IMG/VR virus record: IMGVR_UViG_3300047554_000303
Span: 1 to 64,000 of that record
Direction: 5' to 3' (one strand)
Origin: a virus
DNA: 64,000 nucleotides
The position numbers and the translations under genes are program-made. The notes under the pieces were generated by a model that was not told the DNA's origin, did not search any database, and saw only the letters and a list, made by a program, of their open reading frames with translations. Of this stretch, positions 34,685 to 43,065 are shown piece by piece (positions within the stretch are counted from its first letter, which is position 1; every line of letters begins with the position of its first letter).

Positions 34685-34894
34685 TTGAGTCAATTTTCGC
34701 ACGCAAAAGTCGCTCGTGCGTCTTATTTGCAATTTTTAGCGATTTTGGCGAAAAAGTGGTGTCACAGAAGGCGCGTAGACGGCCTAACTCAATTGAGTAT
34801 GAGTGATTGTATTAAAATGGGGTGTAATGCCCTTAAAATCGACTACAGGGCTGATTTAGCCACCCTGAGCCAGGTTAGCGTTAAAACGCCCCTA

Positions 34895-35116
34895 CTATCT
34901 AGCTACTCCGAACATTTCGGGGTCAAAATCGTTGCGCTTCTTGCTTGGAGTGCCAGTTGGGTACGTTTCAGCGAACTGTCTGTCGTCAAGATTGGAGTTA
35001 CGACCGCGGTGCTCAATCAGACGGTACTCCAACTCACCCTTCATGTCAGGAGTTCCGACTAGAGGGTCGTGGTAGTGCTTCTTCTGGTAAGCAGCGTCGA
35101 CGAAGTGGTCAGACAT
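34895..35116 (-). CDS. Small protein with RxxxLDxxQF motif
   Basis: RNSNLDDRQF. Confidence 0.6.
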   Translation of the reverse strand: MSDHFVDAAYQKKHYHDPLVGTPDMKGELEYRLIEHRGRNSNLDDRQFAETYPTGTPSKKRNDFDPEMFGVAR

Positions 35117-35119
35117 TAC

Positions 35120-35404
35120 TTAGTCTCCAAACTGCCAAGAGTTTAAACCTGTGTGTCGGTTGAACTCGGCTCTGCGGTGCTGTGCATCCCCAGCCTCGTA
35201 CACAGGGTACGGAGTGCGTCCTTTTGCTAGCTCACTTTGATTGAAGCGCTTGTTGCTCTTTTGTTCGGCCTTACCACCTTTGGTAGTAGTGTCGTACTTA
35301 ACAATCGCGGCTTTCTTAGCGCCCTGGTTGTTAGCTGAAATCGATGATGTAGAACGAAGCTTCTTATCTGCCTTTTTAAAAGCTGGGCGGTTTGGGTTAG
35401 GCAT
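35120..35404 (-). CDS. Small basic protein with RxxxLNxxQF motif
   Basis: RHTGLNSWQF. Confidence 0.65.
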   Translation of the reverse strand: MPNPNRPAFKKADKKLRSTSSISANNQGAKKAAIVKYDTTTKGGKAEQKSNKRFNQSELAKGRTPYPVYEAGDAQHRRAEFNRHTGLNSWQFGD

Positions 35405-35697
35405 TACTTAGCCTTCTTAGCCTCACGAAGCTGGTTCTTCACGCCTTCAGCTGCTGCACGGCTCTTTAGCTCTTCGTGTGCGCCTAGTAGCCCTACGTGC
35501 TGACGGTTGGTTAGCTCTGGCATAGTGCGGCTCTTGTCGCTCATGCTGTCACCAAGCCCAGCAACGTTGCTAGGAAGGTCGGCCTCACCGTGCTCGCCTG
35601 CGTGCTTCTTGTAAAAAGCAACGGCTGAGTCTACAGGGAGAATATCAGAGTGGTCGATTGAGACTAGGCTGCCTGACTTACGGTCGTGAAATAACAT
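35404..35697 (-). CDS. Hypothetical protein
   Basis: ORF track with AAGGA RBS. Confidence 0.6.
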   Translation of the reverse strand: MLFHDRKSGSLVSIDHSDILPVDSAVAFYKKHAGEHGEADLPSNVAGLGDSMSDKSRTMPELTNRQHVGLLGAHEELKSRAAAEGVKNQLREAKKAK

Positions 35698-35706
35698 GGC
35701 GTATCC

Positions 35707-35943
35707 TTACTTGAATTGCTTGGTGTTTAGGGCGCGGTGCTTGCCCTCAGCTTTTTCTTCCTTATGTGCGTCATAGGCTGCGCCAAAAGCACGACCAGCT
35801 AGATAGGTGGCTAGACCTACGCCTGCGCTGTGGGTGACCATAGCTGCACCAGTAGCAGCAACTGCTGCGGGAATGTGTCCAGTAGACGTTAGAAGCTGCT
35901 TCATCATGGAACTAGTTTCCCACGCCTCGGCCTTTTTTCGCAC
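35707..35943 (-). CDS. Small hydrophobic protein with KxxxLNxxQF motif
   Basis: KHRALNTKQF. Confidence 0.55.
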   Translation of the reverse strand: MRKKAEAWETSSMMKQLLTSTGHIPAAVAATGAAMVTHSAGVGLATYLAGRAFGAAYDAHKEEKAEGKHRALNTKQFK

Positions 35944-35983
35944 GGTAAACTTTTTTTGCCTGCAGGCTACCCCTAAAACGCCC

Positions 35984-36547
35984 CTACACTACGTTATGCG
36001 TGACACTTCGCAGGTAGTTGAAGCAAACTAAGTGCCTGGCGCTGTCCCAACCTGCGTCGTGAGGCTTGTAGTCAGTCAGGTTCATCTTGGCGTAATCAAG
36101 CGCCATCGACTTCCAAGTCTCAAATGACTTGTTGTTTTTACCGTGTAATAGCCATAACATGCCATTTAGGTCTGCCATGCGCCTAGAAAACAGTGAATAG
36201 GTCTTCGGTAGGGTCGCCTTAACAAACGGCATGTCAAAACCAATGATGTTAAACCCTACTGGGATGGTCTTGGCCCTCTTTTTCGGGTTAGCGCCGCGTT
36301 CGATTAGCCACTCGTACAGTATCTCGTCCACCTCATCGGGGTGCAAGGCTCCCTTAAGAGCCTCCTGGGGGATTTTGTGGACTTGGGCGGCCTCTTCTGA
36401 CCACTGCATCTCACCGACAGGGCGAATTAGGTAGTCAATCGTCTCAATACCGTCGGGGCCTTCTACGGATAGCCCAATCTGGATGAGCTTGCCCCCAGTC
36501 TGGAGGTCAGTGGAGCTCATCTCGCCGTCAATACCTACGAATAACAC
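35984..36547 (-). CDS. DEDDh 3'-5' exonuclease (DnaQ-like)
   Basis: GIDGE, GFNIIGFD and HDAGWD motifs. Confidence 0.85.
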   Translation of the reverse strand: MLFVGIDGEMSSTDLQTGGKLIQIGLSVEGPDGIETIDYLIRPVGEMQWSEEAAQVHKIPQEALKGALHPDEVDEILYEWLIERGANPKKRAKTIPVGFNIIGFDMPFVKATLPKTYSLFSRRMADLNGMLWLLHGKNNKSFETWKSMALDYAKMNLTDYKPHDAGWDSARHLVCFNYLRSVTHNVV

Positions 36548-36583
36548 CCGACTAGGGTATCAGAATGATAGGGGCGATTTAGA

Positions 36584-36793
36584 TTAAGCCTGAGCTAGGT
36601 GTCCCCAGAGGGCAATAAAGCCTATCTCTGCTGCAGTTGGGTCGTCATACTCGGCAGATAGGTCGTCAATCAGCTCCAAGATACCCTCTTCGCTACCCAG
36701 CTGAACCCTCCACCATAGCTGAATCATGTGGTCGTGGAGCATGTGGGTGCCCTCTTTCTCAACGAATGAGGCGAATACTTGGTCAACTGTCAT
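36584..36793 (-). CDS. Hypothetical protein, leaderless
   Basis: TAAGCT-N6-ATG. Confidence 0.5.
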   Translation of the reverse strand: MTVDQVFASFVEKEGTHMLHDHMIQLWWRVQLGSEEGILELIDDLSAEYDDPTAAEIGFIALWGHLAQA

Positions 36794-37093
36794 GCGGATA
36801 GCTTACTACAGGGGCGAATCAGGCGCAACCTGCGAATTTCGAAGTGATTAGGGGGGTCAAACCAATGCTTTTCGTTGTTTTAGGCTACTGCCTCAACTGA
36901 AAACCCCTCAACCGTGTGTGAGACCTGGCGCTTACCTGACCGATTTTGCGCCTAACCTTGTCGCTCGTGATAGTTTCGGATTAGCACCGATTCAGTTCGC
37001 TCAGTTGGTGTCCCGTGTAACGCCACCGCCCGCCACGCCTATGCGTGTCGGGTTGCGTGTGAATTGTTCGCAAACACTTGCGTGTGTGTTCTT

Positions 37094-37244
37094 ACGGCAC
37101 ACGCCCACTAACCATGCCCTAATCGCTCTCATGCGTGTTAGGCATTGGGTTACGCCTACTCTACGGGGTATGGCGGTATGTGGGTGTGTGCTGTCCCGTA
37201 TGCCTAGGGGGGCAACCCCCCTAAAACCCCCCTAGGTGTATGGG
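37094..37244 (+). promoter_or_regulatory. Structured leader of the plus-strand operon (two long G-U-rich hairpins)
   Basis: ACGGCACACGCCCAC/GTGGGTGTGTGCTGT and CCCGTATGCCTAGGGGGG/CCCCCCTAGGTGTATGGG. Confidence 0.6.
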
Positions 37245-37291
37245 GCAGACAATCCCGTATGCCCACTAAACACACACAAAAGGAGACATTT

Positions 37292-37609
37292 ATGTCCGCT
37301 CTACTATCCGCATCGGCTATTGCTTCGGCACTATCCGAGTCACCTGAATACAAGGCACTTGTCCTAGCGTTTGAGGCTAAGGCAGCGAAGGCACTTACCG
37401 AGGAGTTTCAGGTGAAGTCCCTAGGTGTCAAGATGACCCTAGCCCGTATTGCTGTCACCTACCAGGTATACAAGGCAGCACCGAAGGCACTAGGCGAGTC
37501 AGCACGTGCCTACACCGAGTCCGTCTCACGTGAGTGCCTAGCCATCATCAAGGCTAACGGCTACAAGGCAGACTGGAACAGCATCGTAGCCCTAGCCCAG
37601 CACGCATAA
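37292..37609 (+). CDS. First early-operon protein, hypothetical
   Basis: AAGGAG RBS, ATG at 37292. Confidence 0.75.
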   Translation: MSALLSASAIASALSESPEYKALVLAFEAKAAKALTEEFQVKSLGVKMTLARIAVTYQVYKAAPKALGESARAYTESVSRECLAIIKANGYKADWNSIVALAQHA

Positions 37610-37632
37610 GGCTACTGCCCCACACACAAGTG

Positions 37633-37729
37633 AGCCTAACCCCCTGTATGACCAGCTCATACGGGGGGTGGGCTTGCTGTTATCAGGTGTAAGAGCACTA
37701 CGGGCACCCCCTAGTCCGTAGTGTTCTTA
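37633..37729 (+). promoter_or_regulatory. Two intergenic hairpins (processing or attenuation sites)
   Basis: CCCCCTGTATG/CATACGGGGGG and TAAGAGCACTACGG/CCGTAGTGTTCTTA. Confidence 0.5.
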
Positions 37730-37768
37730 GGCTTGATAGCCCTACACACAGGAGAGAAAGGAAGAACT

Positions 37769-37975
37769 ATGTCCCAAATGTCCCTAACCGAGCAGATTGA
37801 GATGCTCACCCGTCACAGGGAAGAACTTCACCAGATGCTTGTGGGAGAGCATGACCTATCCCTAGAGGAAGTCAACAGGGCACTAGTGTCTATGAGAGCC
37901 CTTACTAGGGCAATACAGGTAAGAGAAGCCCGTATGCCCCTAGCAGCGTGGGAGAAAGAGCTACTAGGTATCTAG
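37769..37975 (+). CDS. Hypothetical early protein
   Basis: GAAAGGA RBS, ATG at 37769. Confidence 0.65.
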   Translation: MSQMSLTEQIEMLTRHREELHQMLVGEHDLSLEEVNRALVSMRALTRAIQVREARMPLAAWEKELLGI

Positions 37976-38095
37976 TCTCTCTCTATGTAAGTAACACATA
38001 AGACCTCCCCCATAGCCAAAGAGCTAGGGGGGACAAGCCCCCCTAAGACCCCCCAGTGATAGGGGCGTTCTTAGGACAACCCGAAAGGATAAGCA

Positions 38096-38260
38096 ATGAC
38101 AGTCACAGTCACCATAGTCACAAGGTATGAGATAGACATACCTGAGCTAGATAACAACACCCGTAAGTACATCACCGATAACTATGAAGCAGCAAGCCTG
38201 CCTTACGAGTATCAAGATGCCGAGTATGTAGACGGCAGTATCACCTATGAGGAGAACTAA
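38096..38260 (+). CDS. Hypothetical early protein (54 aa)
   Basis: Hand-translated MTVTVTIVTRYEIDIP...; GAAAGGA RBS. Confidence 0.6.
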   Translation: MTVTVTIVTRYEIDIPELDNNTRKYITDNYEAASLPYEYQDAEYVDGSITYEEN

Positions 38261-38391
38261 TGACCGTAGATAAGAACGCCGAAGGTGCGTGGCGTGTAAG
38301 TGACATCATCGGTGGCTATCTAGTTACCAAGGTGTACTACGAGTACACCAAGCGTGAAGCAATCAAGCGATTCAAGGAGGAATACAAGTGA
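38260..38391 (+). CDS. Hypothetical early protein (43 aa)
   Basis: MTVDKNAEGAWRVSDIIGGYLVTKVYY...; TAATG coupling. Confidence 0.6.
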   Translation: MTVDKNAEGAWRVSDIIGGYLVTKVYYEYTKREAIKRFKEEYK

Positions 38392-38675
38392 GAGTAAGAG
38401 GCGAGATTCAGTGTGATGCGTGTAGCACATACTGTGACCAAGACCCTATCGCAGTTATGGGAGCCTATTCCATACCTGAGAAGGTGGTAAGCGAGAAGGT
38501 AAAGGCAGAACTTGCGTGGTTCTGGCTATGTAGCGACTGTAAAGAAGACGTTACAGGTATTGAAGATTGGTTTACCCACGAGTATCTAACAAGTGTTCCA
38601 TGCGATGAGTGTGGAGACCCTGGCATGTATGACGAAGACGCAGGTAAGAACCTGTGTGATGACTGCTGGGCATAA
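38388..38675 (+). CDS. Cys-rich zinc-finger protein
   Basis: Four CxxC pairs. Confidence 0.65.
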   Translation: MRVRGEIQCDACSTYCDQDPIAVMGAYSIPEKVVSEKVKAELAWFWLCSDCKEDVTGIEDWFTHEYLTSVPCDECGDPGMYDEDAGKNLCDDCWA

Positions 38676-38688
38676 GAAAGGAAAACAA

Positions 38689-38904
38689 ATGAACAAGCTA
38701 TACAAGCGTATTATGAACCGCCTAGCTGATGACCTTATCTCTAAGGCATACCTAGAAGGCTACAACCTAGGGCTAGCAAGAGGGGCGAACAGCGAGCGTA
38801 ACCGCCTAGCTAACAAGCTAGAGAACCTAGAGATTGAGAAGTTCAACAACACAGGTGTAACCCTTGGGTATTACACCGCATTAGAGCTAGTCAAGGAGGA
38901 CTAA
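38689..38904 (+). CDS. Hypothetical early protein
   Basis: GAAAGGAAAACAA RBS, ATG at 38689. Confidence 0.65.
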   Translation: MNKLYKRIMNRLADDLISKAYLEGYNLGLARGANSERNRLANKLENLEIEKFNNTGVTLGYYTALELVKED

Positions 38905-39198
38905 GTGATACCAAAGAGCGTGTTCATTCACACTAAGCGTTGGCGTGACAAAGTAAATGGGCAGAGTTATTTCGCATCCCGTATTGAAGTAGGCACAGCT
39001 AACTACCTGTTCGTGCCGTTTCAGTATGGGTATGAGAGTGCTGACCTAGACGCAGCAGTCAAAGTATTACAGCAGGCAGGGTATGAGGTAGAGCGTAAGC
39101 ACTTCAACACTAGCCAAGCACCGTTTGACCACTACTACGCCAGTGAGTGGACAACCAAGAGAGAAACCAAGCGTTTCGGAGAGGACTTCAGCGGATGA
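38905..39198 (+). CDS. Hypothetical early protein
   Basis: KRWRDKVNGQSYFASRI...PFQYGY. Confidence 0.65.
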   Translation: MIPKSVFIHTKRWRDKVNGQSYFASRIEVGTANYLFVPFQYGYESADLDAAVKVLQQAGYEVERKHFNTSQAPFDHYYASEWTTKRETKRFGEDFSG

Positions 39199-39444
39199 TT
39201 TTCTATAACGGGTTCAACCTACTAGTAGACCTAGTGCTAGTAGCAATCACAGCAGTAATCGCATACAAGATGGGAGCAAGCAGATGAGCACGAACGAATA
39301 CCGTCTGACTACTGAGCAGGAGGAAGTATTACAGGATGTAATAGCCGAGAAGCTAGAGGAAGACTACGCCAAGCACAGTGTGCTACACCCTGTGTTTGAA
39401 GCAATCATTGGCAGATGGAAGCCAACGTATGAGGAGGATAACTA

Positions 39445-39651
39445 ATGGGTAGAGAAGTTCACTTTGTTATCGCAGTAGATGTAGATAACAACACCGTGTC
39501 CATAGATGATGACACTTACGCAGCTAAGTTTGATTACTCCCAAGGTTATTACGACACCGACAAAGAGCAATGGTTTGAAGATGAAGACCGCATCTTGTAT
39601 GACTTAGCACTAGGCATACTCAACAACAAAGCACAACTAGAAAGGGAATAA
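39445..39651 (+). CDS. Hypothetical acidic early protein
   Basis: GAGGAGG RBS. Confidence 0.6.
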   Translation: MGREVHFVIAVDVDNNTVSIDDDTYAAKFDYSQGYYDTDKEQWFEDEDRILYDLALGILNNKAQLERE

Positions 39652-39654
39652 CAA

Positions 39655-39858
39655 GTGGCATACGGACCAAGAGTTCTAGAGGAACTCACTAGGCAGTACA
39701 CATACCTACACGACAAGACCTTTAGCAAAGGTGTGAACCTTTGGTATGGGGAAGCAGGCAGTGACTTCAAGGTAGCAGAGATGATACTTGAGGGTAACAA
39801 CCTAAGTGTTGTAGAGCAGTACTTGATTGACAACTATGGAGAGGGAGACGATGACTAG
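39655..39858 (+). CDS. Hypothetical early protein
   Basis: ORF track, operonic. Confidence 0.55.
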   Translation: MAYGPRVLEELTRQYTYLHDKTFSKGVNLWYGEAGSDFKVAEMILEGNNLSVVEQYLIDNYGEGDDD

Positions 39859-40174
39859 CATTACCGACAAGCTCAGTGAGCTTGATGAATACCTAGAAGA
39901 AGCAAAAGGTATCGCTTGGGATAACTGCCACAAGATTTACATCATGATGGATAACCAAGAGGTAGAACAGATGCGTAAGTATGGGTATGACCCACTTATT
40001 ACATCAGACGAGATGACACCAGCAGAGATGCTAGGCACAGTACTCAAGTGGTACAACGATTCATGTGGACTCAAGTTCATAGATATAACAAGCACTACGG
40101 ATACAGGTACTGAGTTCTATGCCCTAGTGCCGCAGTTCTTTGCTGATGAAGATGAGGAGGAAGACGATGAGTGA
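39851..40174 (+). CDS. Hypothetical acidic early protein
   Basis: IAWDNCHKIY...SCGLKFI; probable start at 39851. Confidence 0.65.
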   Translation: MTSITDKLSELDEYLEEAKGIAWDNCHKIYIMMDNQEVEQMRKYGYDPLITSDEMTPAEMLGTVLKWYNDSCGLKFIDITSTTDTGTEFYALVPQFFADEDEEEDDE

Positions 40175-40306
40175 AGCAGTTTACAGCGTGTGGGTAGGTG
40201 GGGTAGAAGCTAACGATTACTACCTGACTGAAGAGTTTGCTAAGCAGTTGGCAGACCTGTTCATACATGACGGCTACATAGATGTACTAGTAACTAAGGA
40301 AACCAA

Positions 40307-40540
40307 ATGAGTGAGCGTGTTACATACGTTGATTACCAATGGAAAGACTCAGATGTACCAGGTGACACCAGTGCGTTGGTAGTGATACTCAATGACTGTG
40401 GTAAGTATGAGCAGATGGTAGAAGACGAAGCTTATGATGCACGTGTCTGGTTCTACTTCCAAGATGAAGCAGAGTTTCAACGTGCCTTTGACCCAAGCTC
40501 AGATGAGTTTGAGTTCGTACTAACAAATGAGAGGAAATAA
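40307..40540 (+). CDS. Hypothetical acidic early protein
   Basis: AAGGAAAC RBS. Confidence 0.6.
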   Translation: MSERVTYVDYQWKDSDVPGDTSALVVILNDCGKYEQMVEDEAYDARVWFYFQDEAEFQRAFDPSSDEFEFVLTNERK

Positions 40541-40542
40541 CA

Positions 40543-41070
40543 ATGGGAACAAGAGGGCTGACAGTAGTCACCTATAACAATGAAGTACGTGTAGCACAGT
40601 ATGGACAGTGGGACCACTACCCTGCTGGACAAGGTGTTACAGCTCTAGAGTTCTTGCGTAACCCTGAGAACGTAGAGCAACTACGCAAGAACATGGACAA
40701 GTGCTACTGGATTCCACAAGACAGACACGAAGCTCTTATTGGTGAGTTCTCTAGCTCAGACAAGTCGGGGTGGATGACCTTTGAAGAGGGCAAAGCATTT
40801 GGGGAAGCATACCCAAGCCTTACTCGTGACACTGGTGCAGAGATTCTGTATGTAATTGCAGAAGCAACTGAGCCTGTGCCACTAGTCAACGAGTATGAGT
40901 TCAGTAAAGATGAGCTGATGTGTGAGGGCATCTACTCAGTAGACCTTGACCGCAACACGTTCATCAGTGAGTACGCCCCGTATCCAACAAAGGTGTATGA
41001 CCTAGACAACCTGCCTACAAGGGAAGACTACCTTGCAGCGTTCAAAGAAGAGGAAGAAGTAAATGCCTAA
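40543..41070 (+). CDS. Conserved phage hypothetical protein (MGTRG...QYGQWDHYP)
   Basis: ORF track; recognisable phage motif. Confidence 0.7.
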   Translation: MGTRGLTVVTYNNEVRVAQYGQWDHYPAGQGVTALEFLRNPENVEQLRKNMDKCYWIPQDRHEALIGEFSSSDKSGWMTFEEGKAFGEAYPSLTRDTGAEILYVIAEATEPVPLVNEYEFSKDELMCEGIYSVDLDRNTFISEYAPYPTKVYDLDNLPTREDYLAAFKEEEEVNA

Positions 41071-41638
41071 CTGGTGTGAGAATGAGGTAGAGATTACCTT
41101 TGAGAGTAAAGCAGAGTATGACAAGTTCATTACACAAGCTGGGGTAGATGAAAGCACTAGCCCTTACCTTGAGTATGACAACGAGAAGAATGGCTATGGG
41201 TTCTTCGACAGGTTCTTGCCTACCCCACCTGAGATGCTAGAAGGTGAGGGCTGGTGGAGCTGGCGCATCAGTAACTGGGGCACCAAGTGGAACCCTAACT
41301 TCAACAAGTTTGAGACGGATGATGATGCCCTAACGATAAGCATGGACATGTCTACGGCATGGGCACCACCCATTGAGTTCTTCACTACGTTCACTGAGCT
41401 CTTCTCTAGTGCAATCGTAAAGCTTGCGTACCTAGAAGAAGGCATGGGCTTCTGTGGTAAAGCAGAGTTCTATCAAGGGTCAGTTGAAGACAACTACCTC
41501 AACGAGATACCTACCTCCATGTACGTAGCAGCAGGTGCCACACTCAATGCTGATGGAGAGATTGACTGGGATGAAGACCAGAACTATAACCTGTGGGAAG
41601 TTATCAACGACTCAGAACGATTCGACGAGTTCGTGTAA
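41063..41638 (+). CDS. YubB/Api92-like ferredoxin-fold protein
   Basis: MPNWCEN, WRISNWGTKW and TAWAPP motifs. Confidence 0.8.
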   Translation: MPNWCENEVEITFESKAEYDKFITQAGVDESTSPYLEYDNEKNGYGFFDRFLPTPPEMLEGEGWWSWRISNWGTKWNPNFNKFETDDDALTISMDMSTAWAPPIEFFTTFTELFSSAIVKLAYLEEGMGFCGKAEFYQGSVEDNYLNEIPTSMYVAAGATLNADGEIDWDEDQNYNLWEVINDSERFDEFV

Positions 41639-41676
41639 CAGACACCAACAAGCGTGACATGAGAGTGGAGAGGCTC

Positions 41677-41759
41677 TCCTGATTACGAAACAAAGCCTAG
41701 GTCAGTGTGTGTACCTAGGCTTTGTCGTAGGGTAATGACCCTACCTGATGAGTAAAGGA
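41677..41759 (+). ncRNA. Type II hammerhead ribozyme
   Basis: TTAC-GAAA-CAAAGCCTAGG(loop)CCTAGGCTTTG-TC|GTAGGGT(AATG)ACCCTAC-CTGATGA-GTAA: full catalytic core, three paired stems, GUC cleavage site after 41726. Confidence 0.9.
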
Positions 41760-41766
41760 AAGCAGT

Positions 41767-42102
41767 ATGGAAACAGTAACCATTACCCGTACGATTGATG
41801 CCGTTGAGTTCTGGTCAAGCATCATGGGTAGCACAGAGTTCATGGGTGAACAATGGCTCAAGGTCAAGTACCACGGTGAGTCTGACTGGGATAAGCCAGG
41901 CAGCGTAACTATCACCGCTGACAATGGTGAGGAAGAAATATCCAAGACACTAACCATTGAAGACCTAGTACAGGCATACGAAGCTGTAATAGCTAAGCCG
42001 TACTACCACTGTGGTGGCACAGTTGACATCGACAACATGGATGAGTGTGCGAGTGACATCGTGCTACAGCAGGCGGTGTTCGGAGATGTTATCTATGGGT
42101 AA
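41767..42102 (+). CDS. Hypothetical acidic protein downstream of the hammerhead
   Basis: D..SDIVLQQAVFGDVIYG C-terminus; RBS AAAGGAAAG. Confidence 0.7.
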   Translation: METVTITRTIDAVEFWSSIMGSTEFMGEQWLKVKYHGESDWDKPGSVTITADNGEEEISKTLTIEDLVQAYEAVIAKPYYHCGGTVDIDNMDECASDIVLQQAVFGDVIYG

Positions 42103-42245
42103 GCGATGGCTCAAGCTAGTGCCGAGTCGCTGGGCAGGGCGTGGCCAACACAAACAAAACAACGATGAACACGTAACGATTAGGGTAAGCACCTTGCACC
42201 TAATCATTCGTGAGACATACAACATGGGCAGAGAGGATGAACGTA

Positions 42246-42449
42246 ATGAGTCGCAAAGTAACAGTGACCTACACAGTCACGTATGACCTACGCAAAGGTG
42301 ATGTAGGTAGAGATTACGTAGAGTGGCTAGACGGCTACAGAGACAATAAGGGACTTCGTAGTTGGTTTGTAATAGACCGTTTCGTTGGTCACGACAACCT
42401 ACAACTGTTTGACCCTAAGGCTAAGCTCCGCATAACAGAGGAGAAGTAA
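42246..42449 (+). CDS. Hypothetical early protein
   Basis: Probable start MSRKVTV. Confidence 0.55.
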   Translation: MSRKVTVTYTVTYDLRKGDVGRDYVEWLDGYRDNKGLRSWFVIDRFVGHDNLQLFDPKAKLRITEEK

Positions 42450-42706
42450 TGACACATGCACACACAGAGACACGAACAACCGAAAGCTCACGTGGCTGGT
42501 CACTGCACTGTACTGAGTGTAACGAGTACCTAGGCTTTGAAGATAAACCACCTGTGTACTCAGTGTTCGTAAATGGTTGGGAAGGTTCAATGAGGGTGTG
42601 GTATGCACCTGAGTTTGAGACACCAGAAGAAGCACAGACTTGGCTAGACAACCAAGGCGAATGGGACGAAGGCCGTCCTTACGTTGAAGAGGTATACAAC
42701 TACTAG
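42449..42706 (+). CDS. Hypothetical early protein
   Basis: TAATG coupling; CTEC. Confidence 0.55.
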   Translation: MTHAHTETRTTESSRGWSLHCTECNEYLGFEDKPPVYSVFVNGWEGSMRVWYAPEFETPEEAQTWLDNQGEWDEGRPYVEEVYNY

Positions 42707-43065
42707 AAAGGAAACACCATGTACCACGCAGATGATGACATGAATGACCTTTACGAGTTCATGCGAGAAGAAGCTACGGCTCGTGAAGAGGATGCCAATT
42801 ACGAAAGTGACTCATCCGATACGGAAGAACTAGCAACCGCCAAAAGCATGCACCGAGAGGACTACTAATGAACACCTATGAAGTAACCGTAGTAGAGAAG
42901 ATTAAACACACTGTTGAGGTAGAAGCACTCAACGAAGACGAAGCCTTGACCAAAGGCTATGACATTGTCATGAACGGCCCTGAGGATGAGTATGACTCAG
43001 AGTCCCAAGGCAGTGCCGAATCATACGTACTAAGAATCAACTAACACGAAAGAAAAGGAAACCAC

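Noticed and set aside
36918-37235. 105-aa plus-strand ORF
   Set aside because: No RBS, atypical composition, and it overlaps the hairpin-rich leader.
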